From assembly GCA_945891385.1 (NCBI GenBank), contig CAMDDJ010000007.1, positions 4,775-68,774 of the forward strand: a stretch of 64,000 nt of DNA, in the 5' to 3' direction. Positions 1 to 9,692 of the stretch are shown here, piece after piece. How positions within the stretch are numbered: position 1 is the stretch's first letter; each line of letters begins with the position of its first letter. A program made the translations under genes and the position numbers. The notes under the pieces were generated by a model. It saw only the letters and a program-made list of their open reading frames with translations. It did no database searches and was not told the origin of the DNA. This DNA comes from Candidatus Kuenenia stuttgartensis. Lineage in GTDB: Bacteria; Planctomycetota; Planctomycetia; Pirellulales; UBA1268.

Positions 1-1
1 G

Positions 2-580
2 CGGTGCAGCCTCGAAGCCAAGGGGCTCGCCCATGCCGCAGCGACGACCCAGGAGGTGCTCGCCTATCCCACGCCGATCGGCCGCACCGTCAACGGCGAG
101 GAGATTCACTTCCGTCTGGCCGGGGGCCGAGTGGCCTACGTGCCGCTCGACGAACTCTTCGATCTGGCCAAGGCCCACACGCGGCGGAACTCCGACTCGA
201 TTTCCCAGCTGGCTTCGCGGATCGTCACTGTGGGCCCCGAACAGGGCTTCGCCCTCGACTACGTCATCGAGGCCAAGGTCGACGCGGCCCGCGGGCAGGT
301 CTTGGTTCGCTCGCGGGAATGGGTGGTGCGGCCGGCCGATGCGACCGTGGGCGAGCCGGTGGCGGAGGCACTCGGCCCCCATTCCCGGTTTCGCCGGGTG
401 CTCTCCGGCGTGAAGCCGGAGACGACGGTGACGCTCTGGTGCTACCCTGACAGCTTCGACGCCTACCGGCAGGTGCGGGCGGAACTCCATCGGCTGGGCG
501 TGCCGACCGCCGGCCGGCCGCTGCCCGACGGCGCTCCGATCGGCGGCTCGACCGAAGGCAGCAAGAGCGTCGTCCAGTAG
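2..580 (+). CDS. hypothetical protein, C-terminal fragment (ORF open to the 5' window edge)
   Basis: Frame 2 is open from the window edge to TAG 578-580. The listed start at 56 is only the first in-frame GTG. No family recognised. The co-directional nucleosidase gene follows 27 nt later. Confidence 0.5.
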   Translation, partial: RCSLEAKGLAHAAATTQEVLAYPTPIGRTVNGEEIHFRLAGGRVAYVPLDELFDLAKAHTRRNSDSISQLASRIVTVGPEQGFALDYVIEAKVDAARGQVLVRSREWVVRPADATVGEPVAEALGPHSRFRRVLSGVKPETTVTLWCYPDSFDAYRQVRAELHRLGVPTAGRPLPDGAPIGGSTEGSKSVVQ

Positions 581-607
581 CAGTGGTGCAACAGCCTGAA
601 TGGTGCC

Positions 608-1387
608 ATGAAGACCAAGTCGGAGATCGTTCGCGACTGGCTGCCCCGGTACACCGGCCGCGACCTCGATGCGTTCGGCGAGTACGTTCTGCTGGTCAAC
701 TTCTCGGAGTATGTCACCGCCTTCGCCGAGCGGTTCGGGGTGGCCGTGGCGGGTGAGGGGCTTCCGATCCAGTCGGCCACCCATGACGACGTCACCATCC
801 TCAACTTCGGGATGGGGAGCGCGATGGCCGCCACGGTGATGGACCTGCTCGGGGCCGTCTGTCCCAAGGCTGCGCTCTTCCTGGGCAAGTGCGGCGGGCT
901 CAAGAAGACGAAGGTCGGCGACTTCATCCTGCCGATCGCAGCGATCCGCGGCGAAGGGACAAGCAACGAGTACTTTCCGCCGGAGATCCCCGCCCTGCCC
1001 TCCTTTCGGCTCCAGGCCGCAGTCTCGGCGGCGATCGCCCGCCACGACTACGACTATTGGACGGGCACGGTCTACACGACGAACCGCCGGGTCTGGGAGC
1101 ACGACGAGACGTTCAAGGACTACCTCGTCACGACCCGGGCCATCGCGATCGACATGGAGACAGCCACGCTGTTCGTGGTGGGCTTCGCCAACCACATTCC
1201 CAAGGGCGCCCTGCTCCTCGTCTCCGACAATCCAATGAACCCGGAGGGCGTGAAGACGGCTCGCAGCGATCGCGACGTGAGCCGCCGCTACGTGCACGAC
1301 CACCTGGAGATCGGGATCGACGCCCTGGCGGAACTCCGCGATACCGGCGCCGCGGTCAAGCACATGCGGTTCGAGGAACTGCCGTAG
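608..1387 (+). CDS. AMP nucleosidase-like protein (short form, PNP/UDP phosphorylase fold)
   Basis: 259 aa. Motifs KSEIVRDWLPRYTG..LLVNFSEYV, GKCGGL, AAIRGEGTS and IDMETATLF match the short AMP-nucleosidase-like family as I remember it. Confidence 0.7.
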   Translation: MKTKSEIVRDWLPRYTGRDLDAFGEYVLLVNFSEYVTAFAERFGVAVAGEGLPIQSATHDDVTILNFGMGSAMAATVMDLLGAVCPKAALFLGKCGGLKKTKVGDFILPIAAIRGEGTSNEYFPPEIPALPSFRLQAAVSAAIARHDYDYWTGTVYTTNRRVWEHDETFKDYLVTTRAIAIDMETATLFVVGFANHIPKGALLLVSDNPMNPEGVKTARSDRDVSRRYVHDHLEIGIDALAELRDTGAAVKHMRFEELP

Positions 1388-1526
1388 GCCGCGGTGGTGA
1401 CCTCGTTGGAGCGATCCGTCGCTACGGAGTCGGCTCGGCCCGTCGAGGCTCGGATGCCGGCCTCGCAGGCTTGCGCGAAATTCTTTCTCAGTCGCCCTTC
1501 CGGCCGGACGTCGTGGGAGGCAGGTC

Positions 1527-2111
1527 CTACTCGAGCTGCCCGCAGTCGCTGATCTCGATCTTCGCCTTGGTGCGACCCGATTGCGAGCCGAGGGCCTCCA
1601 TCTGCTTCACCACGTCCATCCCTTCGACGACCTGGCCGAAGACGACATGCTTGCCGTCGAGCCAGTCGGTCTTCGCGGTGCAGAGGAAGAACTGCGAGCC
1701 ATTGGTGTTGGGGCCGGCGTTCGCCATGCTGAGCACGCCGGGGCCGGTGTGCTTGAGCGTGAAGTTTTCGTCGGCGAACTTCGTGCCGTAGATGCTCTTG
1801 CCGCCGGTGCCGTTGTGGTTGGTGAAGTCACCTCCCTGGCACATGAAGTCCGGAATCACGCGGTGGAACGAACTGCCCTTGTAGCCGAAGCCCTTCTCGC
1901 CGGTGCAGAGCGCCCGGAAGTTCTCTGCGGTCTTCGGCACCACGTCGGATCGGAGTTCGACCACGATCCGTCCCAGGGGCTTCCCATCGGCGGTGATATC
2001 CAGAAAGCATTTCGGCAGCATCGGCGTTTCCTGTGCGGGTGCGGAAGAGGGGAACGACATCGACATCGAGGCGATCAACAGGGCGACCATCAGGCAATGA
2101 CTGGCCTTCAT
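1527..2111 (-). CDS. peptidyl-prolyl cis-trans isomerase, cyclophilin type, with signal peptide
   Basis: ATG at 2109-2111 gives [28 protein letters not shown] followed by a cyclophilin core ([55 protein letters not shown]-terminal DCGQLE). The upstream part of the 307-aa ORF is Arg/Pro-rich off-frame-like sequence. Confidence 0.9.
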   Translation of the reverse strand: MKASHCLMVALLIASMSMSFPSSAPAQETPMLPKCFLDITADGKPLGRIVVELRSDVVPKTAENFRALCTGEKGFGYKGSSFHRVIPDFMCQGGDFTNHNGTGGKSIYGTKFADENFTLKHTGPGVLSMANAGPNTNGSQFFLCTAKTDWLDGKHVVFGQVVEGMDVVKQMEALGSQSGRTKAKIEISDCGQLE

Positions 2112-2379
2112 TCCGGTGTTTCCTAGGTTCTGAAAGAGAGGACCACGGCTCCGGCGGGGCTGGTCGCCCGCTGCATCAAGCACGCAGTGTAGCAGACGGC
2201 GGCACAAGGCAGGTTCCGGTGGTGAGCCTCGAACTCGGAGCCTCGGCGACGCTCGATCTCGCAACCGGTGCAATCCTTGTCGCTCCGGGCGGCGATCGAC
2301 TGGCCGTGATCCGCGGCCTCGTGGGGGGCCGCTCACGTGTTTGCCGCCCCTGCGTGGCCCCTGGTAGCGCACGGTATCG

Positions 2380-3672
2380 TCAGGCACTCCGCACGACCGC
2401 GTCTTCGAGTTGCTGAAGCCGCTGTTCAAGGTGGCCCGTGAGGCCGACACTGATCCGTACGAGGCCCGGAGAGATACCCGCGGCGGCCTGCTCTTCCGGG
2501 GTCAGTTCGCTCGAGGTCGAACTGCCAGACGCGCTCATCAGGGTCTCGAAGTAGCCCAGGCTCACCGCCATGAAGCCGAACCGATGCTCGTTCTGGAGGA
2601 TCTCCATGAACCGGTTGGCCCGCTCGAGGGAGCCGAGATCGACCGTGAGCACCCCGCCCGCCCCGTAGCCGGGGGCCGCGAGCCGCTCCAGAAGCGCGTG
2701 GCTGGGGTGCGAGGGTAGCCCCGGATAGCCGACCACCACACCCAGGGCCTCCAGCCGCTCGGCGTAGGCCAATGCCCGCCGGCCATGCTCGCGGATCCGC
2801 AGGCCGAGATGTGGAAGGCGGAGCGTGAGTTCGTGGGCCACCTTTGGATCCATCGTCGGGCCCAGCAGCATGATCGAACCGGTGTGCAGATCCATCAACT
2901 GCCCGACGAACTCCTGCGATCCACACACCGCCCCGGCGATGATGTCTGATCCGCCGCTGATGAACTTCGTGACGCTGTGCACGACCACGTCGGCGCCATG
3001 CATGGCCGGCGAGAGAATCACAGGCGCAAAGGTGTTGTCGACGACCAGCCTCGCGCCGGCCGCGTGGGCGATTTCCGCCAGCGCAGGGATATCGGCCACT
3101 TCGAGCGTCGGATTGGCGAGTGACTCGACGTAGAGCACTTTTGCGGCCGTCTGGTCGAGCGCCGCGGCGATCGCGGCATGGTCGCCCAGGGGCACGAACC
3201 TGGTCTCGATCCCGGCCTTCCGTGGCAGGTAATCCTTGAGCAAGGCGAACGTGCCGCCGTAGATCGTGTTGGCCGACACCACCCGGTCGCCCGTATCGCA
3301 CAGTTGGAGCAAGGCGCAGGAAATCGCCGCCATCCCCGAGGCCGTGGCGTAGGCCGCCTCGGTGCCCTCGAGGGCCGCCAGAAAACGCCCGAACGTGAAC
3401 ACCGTGGGGTTGAAGTGGCGGCCGTAGAGGTAACACCCACCGCCGTCGCTTCCGTCTTCCCGGGACAGCGGCCCATGTTCCCCTCGGAAGATGCCCGGCA
3501 GCATGGTGGCCGTGAGCACGGTGAAGGTGGTGCTGGCCTCGATCGAGAGGTTGACGCCGCCGTGTTCGCCAAACTCGTGCCGGGCGGCCGCCATCCGCGC
3601 CACCGGGTCATCCGGCTGATTGGCGACCTGTTTCGGGAATGAGCGGGGCTGTTTGGAGTTGGGGCTGTTCAT
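2380..3672 (-). CDS. PLP-dependent Cys/Met-metabolism enzyme (methionine gamma-lyase / O-acetylhomoserine sulfhydrylase family)
   Basis: 430 aa from ATG 3670-3672. Motifs [15 protein letters not shown] and the SVTKFISG lysine motif. Starts 40 nt after the stop of the upstream gene. The exact activity cannot be resolved by eye. Confidence 0.85.
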   Translation of the reverse strand: MNSPNSKQPRSFPKQVANQPDDPVARMAAARHEFGEHGGVNLSIEASTTFTVLTATMLPGIFRGEHGPLSREDGSDGGGCYLYGRHFNPTVFTFGRFLAALEGTEAAYATASGMAAISCALLQLCDTGDRVVSANTIYGGTFALLKDYLPRKAGIETRFVPLGDHAAIAAALDQTAAKVLYVESLANPTLEVADIPALAEIAHAAGARLVVDNTFAPVILSPAMHGADVVVHSVTKFISGGSDIIAGAVCGSQEFVGQLMDLHTGSIMLLGPTMDPKVAHELTLRLPHLGLRIREHGRRALAYAERLEALGVVVGYPGLPSHPSHALLERLAAPGYGAGGVLTVDLGSLERANRFMEILQNEHRFGFMAVSLGYFETLMSASGSSTSSELTPEEQAAAGISPGLVRISVGLTGHLEQRLQQLEDAVVRSA

Positions 3673-3712
3673 GCCGCCGGAAGTTTCAAAAGGTTGAGGC
3701 AGCGATGGCCGC

Positions 3713-5626
3713 CTACCAGACCGCCACCCTGCGGGGCGCTCGCTGCCGGCGCAGGGCTGCCAGGGCGACCAGCCCGGCTCCCAGCGGCCCCCAGGCCGTC
3801 GGTTCAGGCACGGCATTGATGCCGGCCGCCGCCGTTGCGTTCGGTGGAAAATAGCTGCCGCGGCCGTAGACGCCGGCCGTGTTGATTCCCACGAGGTCGA
3901 ACACGTTCGTCACGCCGTCATAGTTGAAGTCGCCCTGGCTCCAGACGGCCGCCGTGCCCGCGCCATACTTCCCCGCGCTATTTACGGACACCAGGTCGAA
4001 CACATCGACTGACCCATTGAGATTGGTGTCGCCCGCCGCGGCGAACGAAGCCTGCGCCGTGCCGTCACCGGCCACCACGTAGCCGACCGCCCGGGTGCCT
4101 CCCGAGGCAGCGGCGGCGCTCGAGGTAATCCCCGAGCCGCCGTTCCACCCGCCGCCGTTGCGACCGGCGATGATGTCGGCCCGCAGGTCGGCCGCCGAGA
4201 TTCCCCCGGCTGCTACGGTCACCTGCCCGGCCCCGAGATCGACCCGCCCTCCGCCGGCTCCGTCGGCCAGTGCCAGGCTGGCGATGCCGAGCGATACCCG
4301 GGCGTCCTGCGGGAGGGTGAGCGTGCCACCGGCCTCAACCGTCATGGCCGTAGCTGGAAGCCCCGTGTTGCTGGCCACCCGGAGCGTGCCGGCCGACACA
4401 ACGGTGGGGCCCGCGTAGGAATTGACCGCGTCGAAAATCAGCGTGCCGGAGCCCGTCTTGGTCACCGAGTCGGCCGTCGTGATCGAGGGATAGCCGGCCT
4501 GGGCCTGGGTCACAGTGCCGCTGGCCACGTCGATCACGACGCCCGCGGGCGGGGCTTCGGGCAGGCCCGCGATCCGAAAGCCATACCAGGAATACGACGG
4601 AACTCCGGCCCCCGAGTAGATGTTGCGATACGACGCACCTGTGTAGCCTTCGCCATATCGCCACGAGCCGCCGCGATAGATCGGCAGTTCGTTGCCAAAG
4701 CTGATCCTCGTCGCCTCGGTCCAGTCATAGACCAACCCGTCGAGATCCGAGAGGCCGTAATAACTCTTCGCCGACGAATAGCCGCCGACGTCCGTCAGGT
4801 AGTCGACCGTGCTGTCGAAGGCCGCCCCGGTCTTGGCGAGGGTCGTCGCGGCCCCGCCGCTCCCAACGCCGCTCCCCAGGTTGGCCGAGTTGGCTGTTCC
4901 CGGCGGCGGCAGGCTGGCGGGAGCCGCGTCGCTCCGCGTGCCGAACTGCCAGTAGCCCCCCGTGCCGCCCTTCGTGGGGTCGTAGTAGGCGGCCTTGTAC
5001 CACTCGTTCTCGCTCGGCAGGAAGAAGGCGGCGGCTTCCGCTCGCGGCGGGGGCGTAGAAAACCCGCCGGTCATCAGCGACATGTCATACACGCCCGACT
5101 CGGTCGCCCCTGCCCCCTGCCCATTGGCCAGCCAGTTGACGAATCGGGCGGCGCTCGTCCAGTTGATCCAGACCGCCGGATACGCCGATTGCCCAGACTT
5201 CACGCTGTATTTCGCACCGGCTCCCGCTGCTGCGTTGAAGTCGATTCCTCCCGTGTAGGCAGCCCCGAGGCTGCTGGTCGTCATGCGGGCTTGGTAGAGA
5301 TTGAGGGCGTTGCCTCCCGTGGGATCGACGGCGTTGAGAAACTCAGCGTATTGGAGGTTCGTGACCTGCTGTTTGGCGATCCGGTAGGAGTAATCGACCG
5401 CCCCGTAGCCTGTCGTGAAGTCGGGCACCGGGCCCTTGTCCATCACCTGCGTGTCGGGGGCGTTGCCGGGGTCGCCCACGGTGGCCCAGTCGAAGCTGAC
5501 CTCCGCGAGGGCCCTCGGGTTTGCCCAGGCTCCGCCGAGCACCGTCGCCATCAGCACCGCCCCCGCCGTTCCTCGGCCGACCGCAGTTCGCCCATGCATG
5601 CAAGAAGTCTCCTGCCGAGATTCCAT
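3713..5626 (-). CDS. secreted multidomain PEP-CTERM protein (FGE/SUMF1-like domain, beta-strand repeats, dockerin-like repeats)
   Basis: FGE-type motifs are YRIAKQQVTNLQYAEFLNAV, YPAVWINWTSAARFVNWL, ENEWYKAAYYD and GGSWRY. Autotransporter-type repeats are GSGTLIF and AGTLRV. There are two DxNxDGxVxxFD dockerin-like repeats and a C-terminal VPEPTAW...ALRRQR sorting signal. The start could also be ATG 5599. Confidence 0.8.
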   Translation of the reverse strand: MESRQETSCMHGRTAVGRGTAGAVLMATVLGGAWANPRALAEVSFDWATVGDPGNAPDTQVMDKGPVPDFTTGYGAVDYSYRIAKQQVTNLQYAEFLNAVDPTGGNALNLYQARMTTSSLGAAYTGGIDFNAAAGAGAKYSVKSGQSAYPAVWINWTSAARFVNWLANGQGAGATESGVYDMSLMTGGFSTPPPRAEAAAFFLPSENEWYKAAYYDPTKGGTGGYWQFGTRSDAAPASLPPPGTANSANLGSGVGSGGAATTLAKTGAAFDSTVDYLTDVGGYSSAKSYYGLSDLDGLVYDWTEATRISFGNELPIYRGGSWRYGEGYTGASYRNIYSGAGVPSYSWYGFRIAGLPEAPPAGVVIDVASGTVTQAQAGYPSITTADSVTKTGSGTLIFDAVNSYAGPTVVSAGTLRVASNTGLPATAMTVEAGGTLTLPQDARVSLGIASLALADGAGGGRVDLGAGQVTVAAGGISAADLRADIIAGRNGGGWNGGSGITSSAAAASGGTRAVGYVVAGDGTAQASFAAAGDTNLNGSVDVFDLVSVNSAGKYGAGTAAVWSQGDFNYDGVTNVFDLVGINTAGVYGRGSYFPPNATAAAGINAVPEPTAWGPLGAGLVALAALRRQRAPRRVAVW

Positions 5627-5648
5627 CGATCATCTTGCCTGAATGACG

Positions 5649-5680
5649 CCGGCCGTTCCTTCAAGTCCGGGAACGGCCGG
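5649..5680 (-). terminator. GC-rich hairpin (11-bp stem CCGGCCGTTCC / GGAACGGCCGG, 10-nt loop) downstream of the 5759 stop
   Basis: A perfect 11-bp stem read directly from the sequence, about 80 nt after the stop of the upstream PEP-CTERM gene. There is no U-tract, so terminator function is uncertain. Confidence 0.35.
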
Positions 5681-5758
5681 TGCACATCCGCCGGAGGTCT
5701 CATGCAGACTATCTGCAGAACCGGCTGTCCGCCATGAGCCGGTCGGCCCGCCGACCGA

Positions 5759-6739
5759 TCACCGGCGGCGGAAAGCCCGCCGGCCCCGGAGGGACGCAGC
5801 CGCGACTGCCGCGGCACCACCGACGAGCCCCAGGCTGCCGGGCTCCGGAACCGCCGAGACAGTCACCAGGTCGAGCCGCATGCTGCCGCCCGAACCAAGT
5901 GACCGGTTGTAGCCATTTGTCGTGTCGGAGGAATTCGTGCCGGCGACTGACGAGAGCAGCCCTTCAGCTCCGTTAGAGCCGACGTAGTTCGGATCAAAGG
6001 CACCCACGATGGCGAAGCCAAAGTTGGCATTGTTTTCGAAGCCCTGGCCGACGGGAAGCGTGAACTCGATGTTGTTGACAAAGCCAACATCGTAGGGGCT
6101 GATCGGGGCGGTGGTGGTGCTCGAGGGCGACAGCGAATTGAGATTGATCGTCTGGAAATCGATCAGCCCAACGCTGCTCACCGTCACATTAGCCGTGCCG
6201 CTGATCGGTGTGAAGGGAGCCGCGGTTCCGGAGAAGCCATTCACGGTCGTCGAGATCGCACTGCCCGTACCGGCGGGCACGGGAGAGAAAGTCGTCCCAT
6301 CGGTCGTCGCGAGCAGCTGGAAGTAGCGGCTCGAGCGGTAGCCGACGGTCTGGCTCCAACTGAGCTTCACGGCCTCGCCGGCGGCCATGCCGGTCGTGGG
6401 CACCTTGAACGACATGCCGACGGACTCGTTCGCGGCTGTCGTCAGCGGTGGATTCACGACATACGCCCGATTGAAGACCGTGCCACCGACGTCCGTGCCT
6501 GGATCGGTCGGTGTGCCGGTCGTCACGACGGATGAAAACGGGGCGGGCGGATTCGGTTGCCCATACCCGGCAGCGACTCCGGAAGCGGCATTGGTGCCGC
6601 TTGAGGCTCCCAAATAGATAGCCGTCGTCGTGGTGTTGTTGGCGTTCCACTGCCCCAGGATGGTCTGGGCCGATGCGAGCGGTGCGACCCCGACAAGCGT
6701 GGCGATCAGGCAGAGGGTTTGAGGGACGTTCATGCGCAT
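5759..6739 (-). CDS. PEP-CTERM sorting domain protein, Thr/Ser/Gly-rich
   Basis: 326 aa from ATG 6737-6739 (MRMNVPQTLCLIATLVGVAPLASAQ signal peptide, GGAG about 10 nt upstream). The C-terminus is VPEPGSLGLVGGAAAVAAASLRGRR. Confidence 0.75.
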   Translation of the reverse strand: MRMNVPQTLCLIATLVGVAPLASAQTILGQWNANNTTTTAIYLGASSGTNAASGVAAGYGQPNPPAPFSSVVTTGTPTDPGTDVGGTVFNRAYVVNPPLTTAANESVGMSFKVPTTGMAAGEAVKLSWSQTVGYRSSRYFQLLATTDGTTFSPVPAGTGSAISTTVNGFSGTAAPFTPISGTANVTVSSVGLIDFQTINLNSLSPSSTTTAPISPYDVGFVNNIEFTLPVGQGFENNANFGFAIVGAFDPNYVGSNGAEGLLSSVAGTNSSDTTNGYNRSLGSGGSMRLDLVTVSAVPEPGSLGLVGGAAAVAAASLRGRRAFRRR

Positions 6740-6823
6740 GGGTCCAAACTCCGGAAAAAAGAGGCAACAAGGAACCGCGGTGTAAATCCTGCTCACGTCC
6801 CGCCTGGAACACCGCCACCTTGG

Positions 6824-6838
6824 GCACATCCTGGGCCA
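6824..6838 (-). promoter_or_regulatory. sigma-54-like -24/-12 element (TGGCCCAGGATGTGC)
   Basis: On the minus strand GG and GC are spaced as in TGGCAC-N5-TTGC. Two flanking consensus positions are mismatched. The site lies about 85 nt upstream of ATG 6739. Confidence 0.3.
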
Positions 6839-6982
6839 AACTCGGAAATAATTTTGACCACCTGGCCCGGCATCCAGAAGCTGGCCGGGAAGAGCCGTTT
6901 CGTTCAACAAAAACCGCAGCAGGAGTTCAATCCGCCACAATAGCCATCAGACTCGTAGGGTTTCGGCTGCCTCCCCAACACC

Positions 6983-7035
6983 TGTGAATCAGGTTTCACT
7001 CATGGTGTGAATCTCTTTCACTGTTTCACTGAATC
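6983..7035. promoter_or_regulatory. cluster of GTGAA-N5/6-TTCAC inverted repeats and three TTTCACT direct repeats (candidate enhancer/operator)
   Basis: TGTGAATCAGGTTTCAC, TGTGAATCTCTTTCAC and TGTTTCACTGAATC occur back to back. They sit 145-197 nt upstream of the sigma-54-like site, inside a 470-nt non-coding gap. Confidence 0.35.
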
Positions 7036-7210
7036 GACGACGCGGAAAACCAGTCTGGCCGCTCAGCCAAAAGCGTACCTTCGGCTCGTGTTCGAACATC
7101 GGCGCTGCGACGCGTCGCACGTTTCTGCGAATTCGTGCGCGAACCACGCTTCGCGTGCCCATGCTCAATCCGCGAAGCCGCTTCGGATGAGCTGCACGGG
7201 GAACGACCGC

Positions 7211-8155
7211 CTAGTCGCCCAGCGAGTTCGCCTCGCCGCCGGCGGGGGTCACGGCGGACCAAAACACCACCGGGTCTATCGAGCTACTGATCGGCTTCAC
7301 ACTCGAATCGAGCATGGCGACGTTCAGCAAATCGCCGTGCACTCCCTGCAGATATTGATTGTCGGCAGCATCAGGGGCCGGCTTTCCCTGAAAGGGAGCC
7401 GCGGTCATACCGGCCAGGGCGTTGGCCGCCTGGGCGCTGAAGCCGGGCCCCCATACGCCGGGTTGCGAAGCCGCGGGACGGTAGGAACGCCCAATGACCG
7501 TGCTGCTGGAATTGTCCGGATGAGCAAACGTGGGAGCCTTGGTGCCCTTCGGCCAGAAATACTGGCTGAACACCGGCGTGGTCTTGGACATCGTTCGGGC
7601 ATAGCTGTCAGCGAGGGCGATCGTCTTCGTCAGCCCGTCGAGTACCCGGCTGATCTTCGGCTTGTTGAAAAACAACACGCCATTGCTCATGTAACTCGTC
7701 AGCCCGCGGATCGAGGGTGAATTCCCTGGCGATGGATCGCTCGAACAGACAAACAGGTCGACGACGGGCGCCGTCGTATCCATGTACACGACGTTCGGCC
7801 TGAATTGCTGCCGCAGGTTCTCGTCCTCCGAATACGCCATGATCACGACGTGCATCGGATAGCGAATACTGCCGGTTGTCGCACTTCCGGCCGGCGCATT
7901 GAAGTTTGACAGTGCATCGGGCAGTCGGCCGTTCTTGGCCGTCGCATAGTTGGCATTGGCCAGCATCACCTGCCGCATCTTATTGAGGCACTGGGTCCGC
8001 CGTGCCGATTCGCGGGCGCTCTGAACGGCCGGCAGCAGCAGGCCGATCAGTGTGGCAATGATCGCGATCACGACGAGGAGTTCTACGAGCGTGAAGGCCG
8101 CGGTGGAAGGCAGCGTCCCGGACCGGCTAGCGGTCGCCCTGCGCACTCGTTGCAT
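7211..8155 (-). CDS. DUF1559 family protein with prepilin-type N-terminal cleavage/methylation helix
   Basis: The N-terminal helix is [33 protein letters not shown]. The C-terminal [14 protein letters not shown] is a DS variant of the H-X9-DG motif. Start taken at ATG 8155; ATG 8215 is also open. Confidence 0.8.
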   Translation of the reverse strand: MQRVRRATASRSGTLPSTAAFTLVELLVVIAIIATLIGLLLPAVQSARESARRTQCLNKMRQVMLANANYATAKNGRLPDALSNFNAPAGSATTGSIRYPMHVVIMAYSEDENLRQQFRPNVVYMDTTAPVVDLFVCSSDPSPGNSPSIRGLTSYMSNGVLFFNKPKISRVLDGLTKTIALADSYARTMSKTTPVFSQYFWPKGTKAPTFAHPDNSSSTVIGRSYRPAASQPGVWGPGFSAQAANALAGMTAAPFQGKPAPDAADNQYLQGVHGDLLNVAMLDSSVKPISSSIDPVVFWSAVTPAGGEANSLGD

Positions 8156-8469
8156 GCCGAGGTCCCCTGCGAAATTGAGAGCAGCCATTCCTCTGGCAGC
8201 GATGCTTTGATTCAAGCCTTCGGAGGAATGGCCGAGAAACCATCATCGACTGACATTTGTGCGCAGTCGACCGCCCTAGTGCCATTTAGCCATTTAAAGG
8301 ATAGCAACATCATTCAAGCCATCGCAAACCTCCATGAGCCGAATTTGATCGTGCGGGCTGCCTGCCTGCCATGGACTCCGCGGCTCCAGTCGATCACGAC
8401 CACGATGATCAGGATTGTGCAGTTGGCGTTTCCCTGTCCCGGTGGCTCGATCGTGGTACATAAGCGAGG

Positions 8470-9432
8470 ATGGAAAACGGGCTGCCGCCACTCCTTGGTC
8501 TGATCGGGGATACCCCGCTCTTGCCGCTCCACTTCCCCGAGCGCGGAGTCACGATCCACGCCAAGGCGGAGTACCTCAATCCAAGCGGATCGATCAAGGA
8601 CCGGCTGGCTTCTTACATCCTGCTCGATGCCCGCCGAGCCGGCCTTCTCGCTCCCGATTCGATCATCGTCGAGTGCACCAGCGGCAACACCGGGATCGCG
8701 CTGGCCATGGTCGGCGCGGCGCTCGGGTATCGCGTGCGGGTGTTGATGACCGATTCGGCCAGCGTCGAGCGGCGGTATCTCGTGCAGCACTTCGGGGCCG
8801 AGATCGTGCTCTTTCGGGCCGATTCGGGCTACAAGACCGGCATCGACATGGCCGAGCGGATGGCGGCGGAGGATTCCCGAGTGTTCCTGCCGCGGCAGTT
8901 TGCCAATCCGCTCAATGCCCGGGATCACCGTGAACACACGGCCCGGGAGATCCTGGCCCAGATGCCCGGTCCGATCGACGCCGTGGTGAGCGGCTACGGC
9001 ACCGGTGGCACGCTCAACGGGGTCGGCAACGGACTCCGCGAGGTCTACCCCAACATTCGCGTCGTCGCCATGGAGCCGGCCGAGGCCGCGATGCTTCAGG
9101 GCGAGGCGCCCTGCTGCCATGCAATCGAGGGTGTTTCGGGTGGCTACCTGCCGCCGCTCCTCGACGGCGTTGCGATCGATCGGTCCGAAAAGGTTTCATC
9201 GGCCGACGCGATCGCGATGACCCAGCGGCTGGCCTGCGACTTCGGCCTCCTCGTGGGAACCTCTGCCGGCGCGAACGTGGTCGCGGCGCTCCGAACGGCT
9301 GAGACCCTGCCTGCCGGTGCGCGGATCGTCACCTTTCTCTGCGATCGGGCCGAGCGGTACTACTCGACGCGACTCTTCCACTCGCCGCCCGCCTCGGCGA
9401 TCCGCCCTGCCGAAGCAGGGGGCTCGTCCTGA
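8470..9432 (+). CDS. cysK: cysteine synthase (PLP-dependent, CysK/CysM family)
   Basis: Motifs NPSGSIKDR, TSGNTGIALA, GYGTGGTL and GTSAGA. ATG is preceded by GAGGA. Confidence 0.85.
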   Translation: MENGLPPLLGLIGDTPLLPLHFPERGVTIHAKAEYLNPSGSIKDRLASYILLDARRAGLLAPDSIIVECTSGNTGIALAMVGAALGYRVRVLMTDSASVERRYLVQHFGAEIVLFRADSGYKTGIDMAERMAAEDSRVFLPRQFANPLNARDHREHTAREILAQMPGPIDAVVSGYGTGGTLNGVGNGLREVYPNIRVVAMEPAEAAMLQGEAPCCHAIEGVSGGYLPPLLDGVAIDRSEKVSSADAIAMTQRLACDFGLLVGTSAGANVVAALRTAETLPAGARIVTFLCDRAERYYSTRLFHSPPASAIRPAEAGGSS

Positions 9433-9692
9433 GTGTCTGCGGGCCAGATCAGCCTGCCTGCTCAATCTTGATCAGGTTGCTCATGTTCGATGATCCGACG
9501 GGGACGGTTCGAGCCAGGCGAGAGAGCGGCTGGCGAGGGACGGTCCGCTGGTATGCTGCCCCACGACGGTGATCGTGCTGACGGCGGGGAGGCCCCGCCC
9601 TCCAGCGAAACGGTACCGAACAGACCCGACACGAGCCTTGGTTCGGCACAGGGCCCGGTCTCCTACCCTTTCTTTTCTTCTGGAGCATCGTC

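Noticed and set aside
608-1387. Nucleoside-phosphorylase-fold protein as a possible anti-phage effector (Detocs/CBASS-like)
   Set aside because: The N-terminal LPRYTG...NFSEYV signature points to the housekeeping short AMP-nucleosidase-like family. No kinase, cyclase or other defence partner is adjacent.
8150-8503. 117-aa ORF in the lower-GC divergent region between the DUF1559 gene and cysK
   Set aside because: Its composition is less artefact-like than other spurious ORFs. However, it overlaps both neighbouring gene starts, has no recognisable motif or ribosome-binding site, and most likely just reflects promoter DNA. A homology search would settle it.
9449-9520. Mini-ORF MSNLIKIEQAG on the minus strand downstream of cysK
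   Set aside because: It is 11 codons long with no ribosome-binding site or known family. It is indistinguishable from chance.
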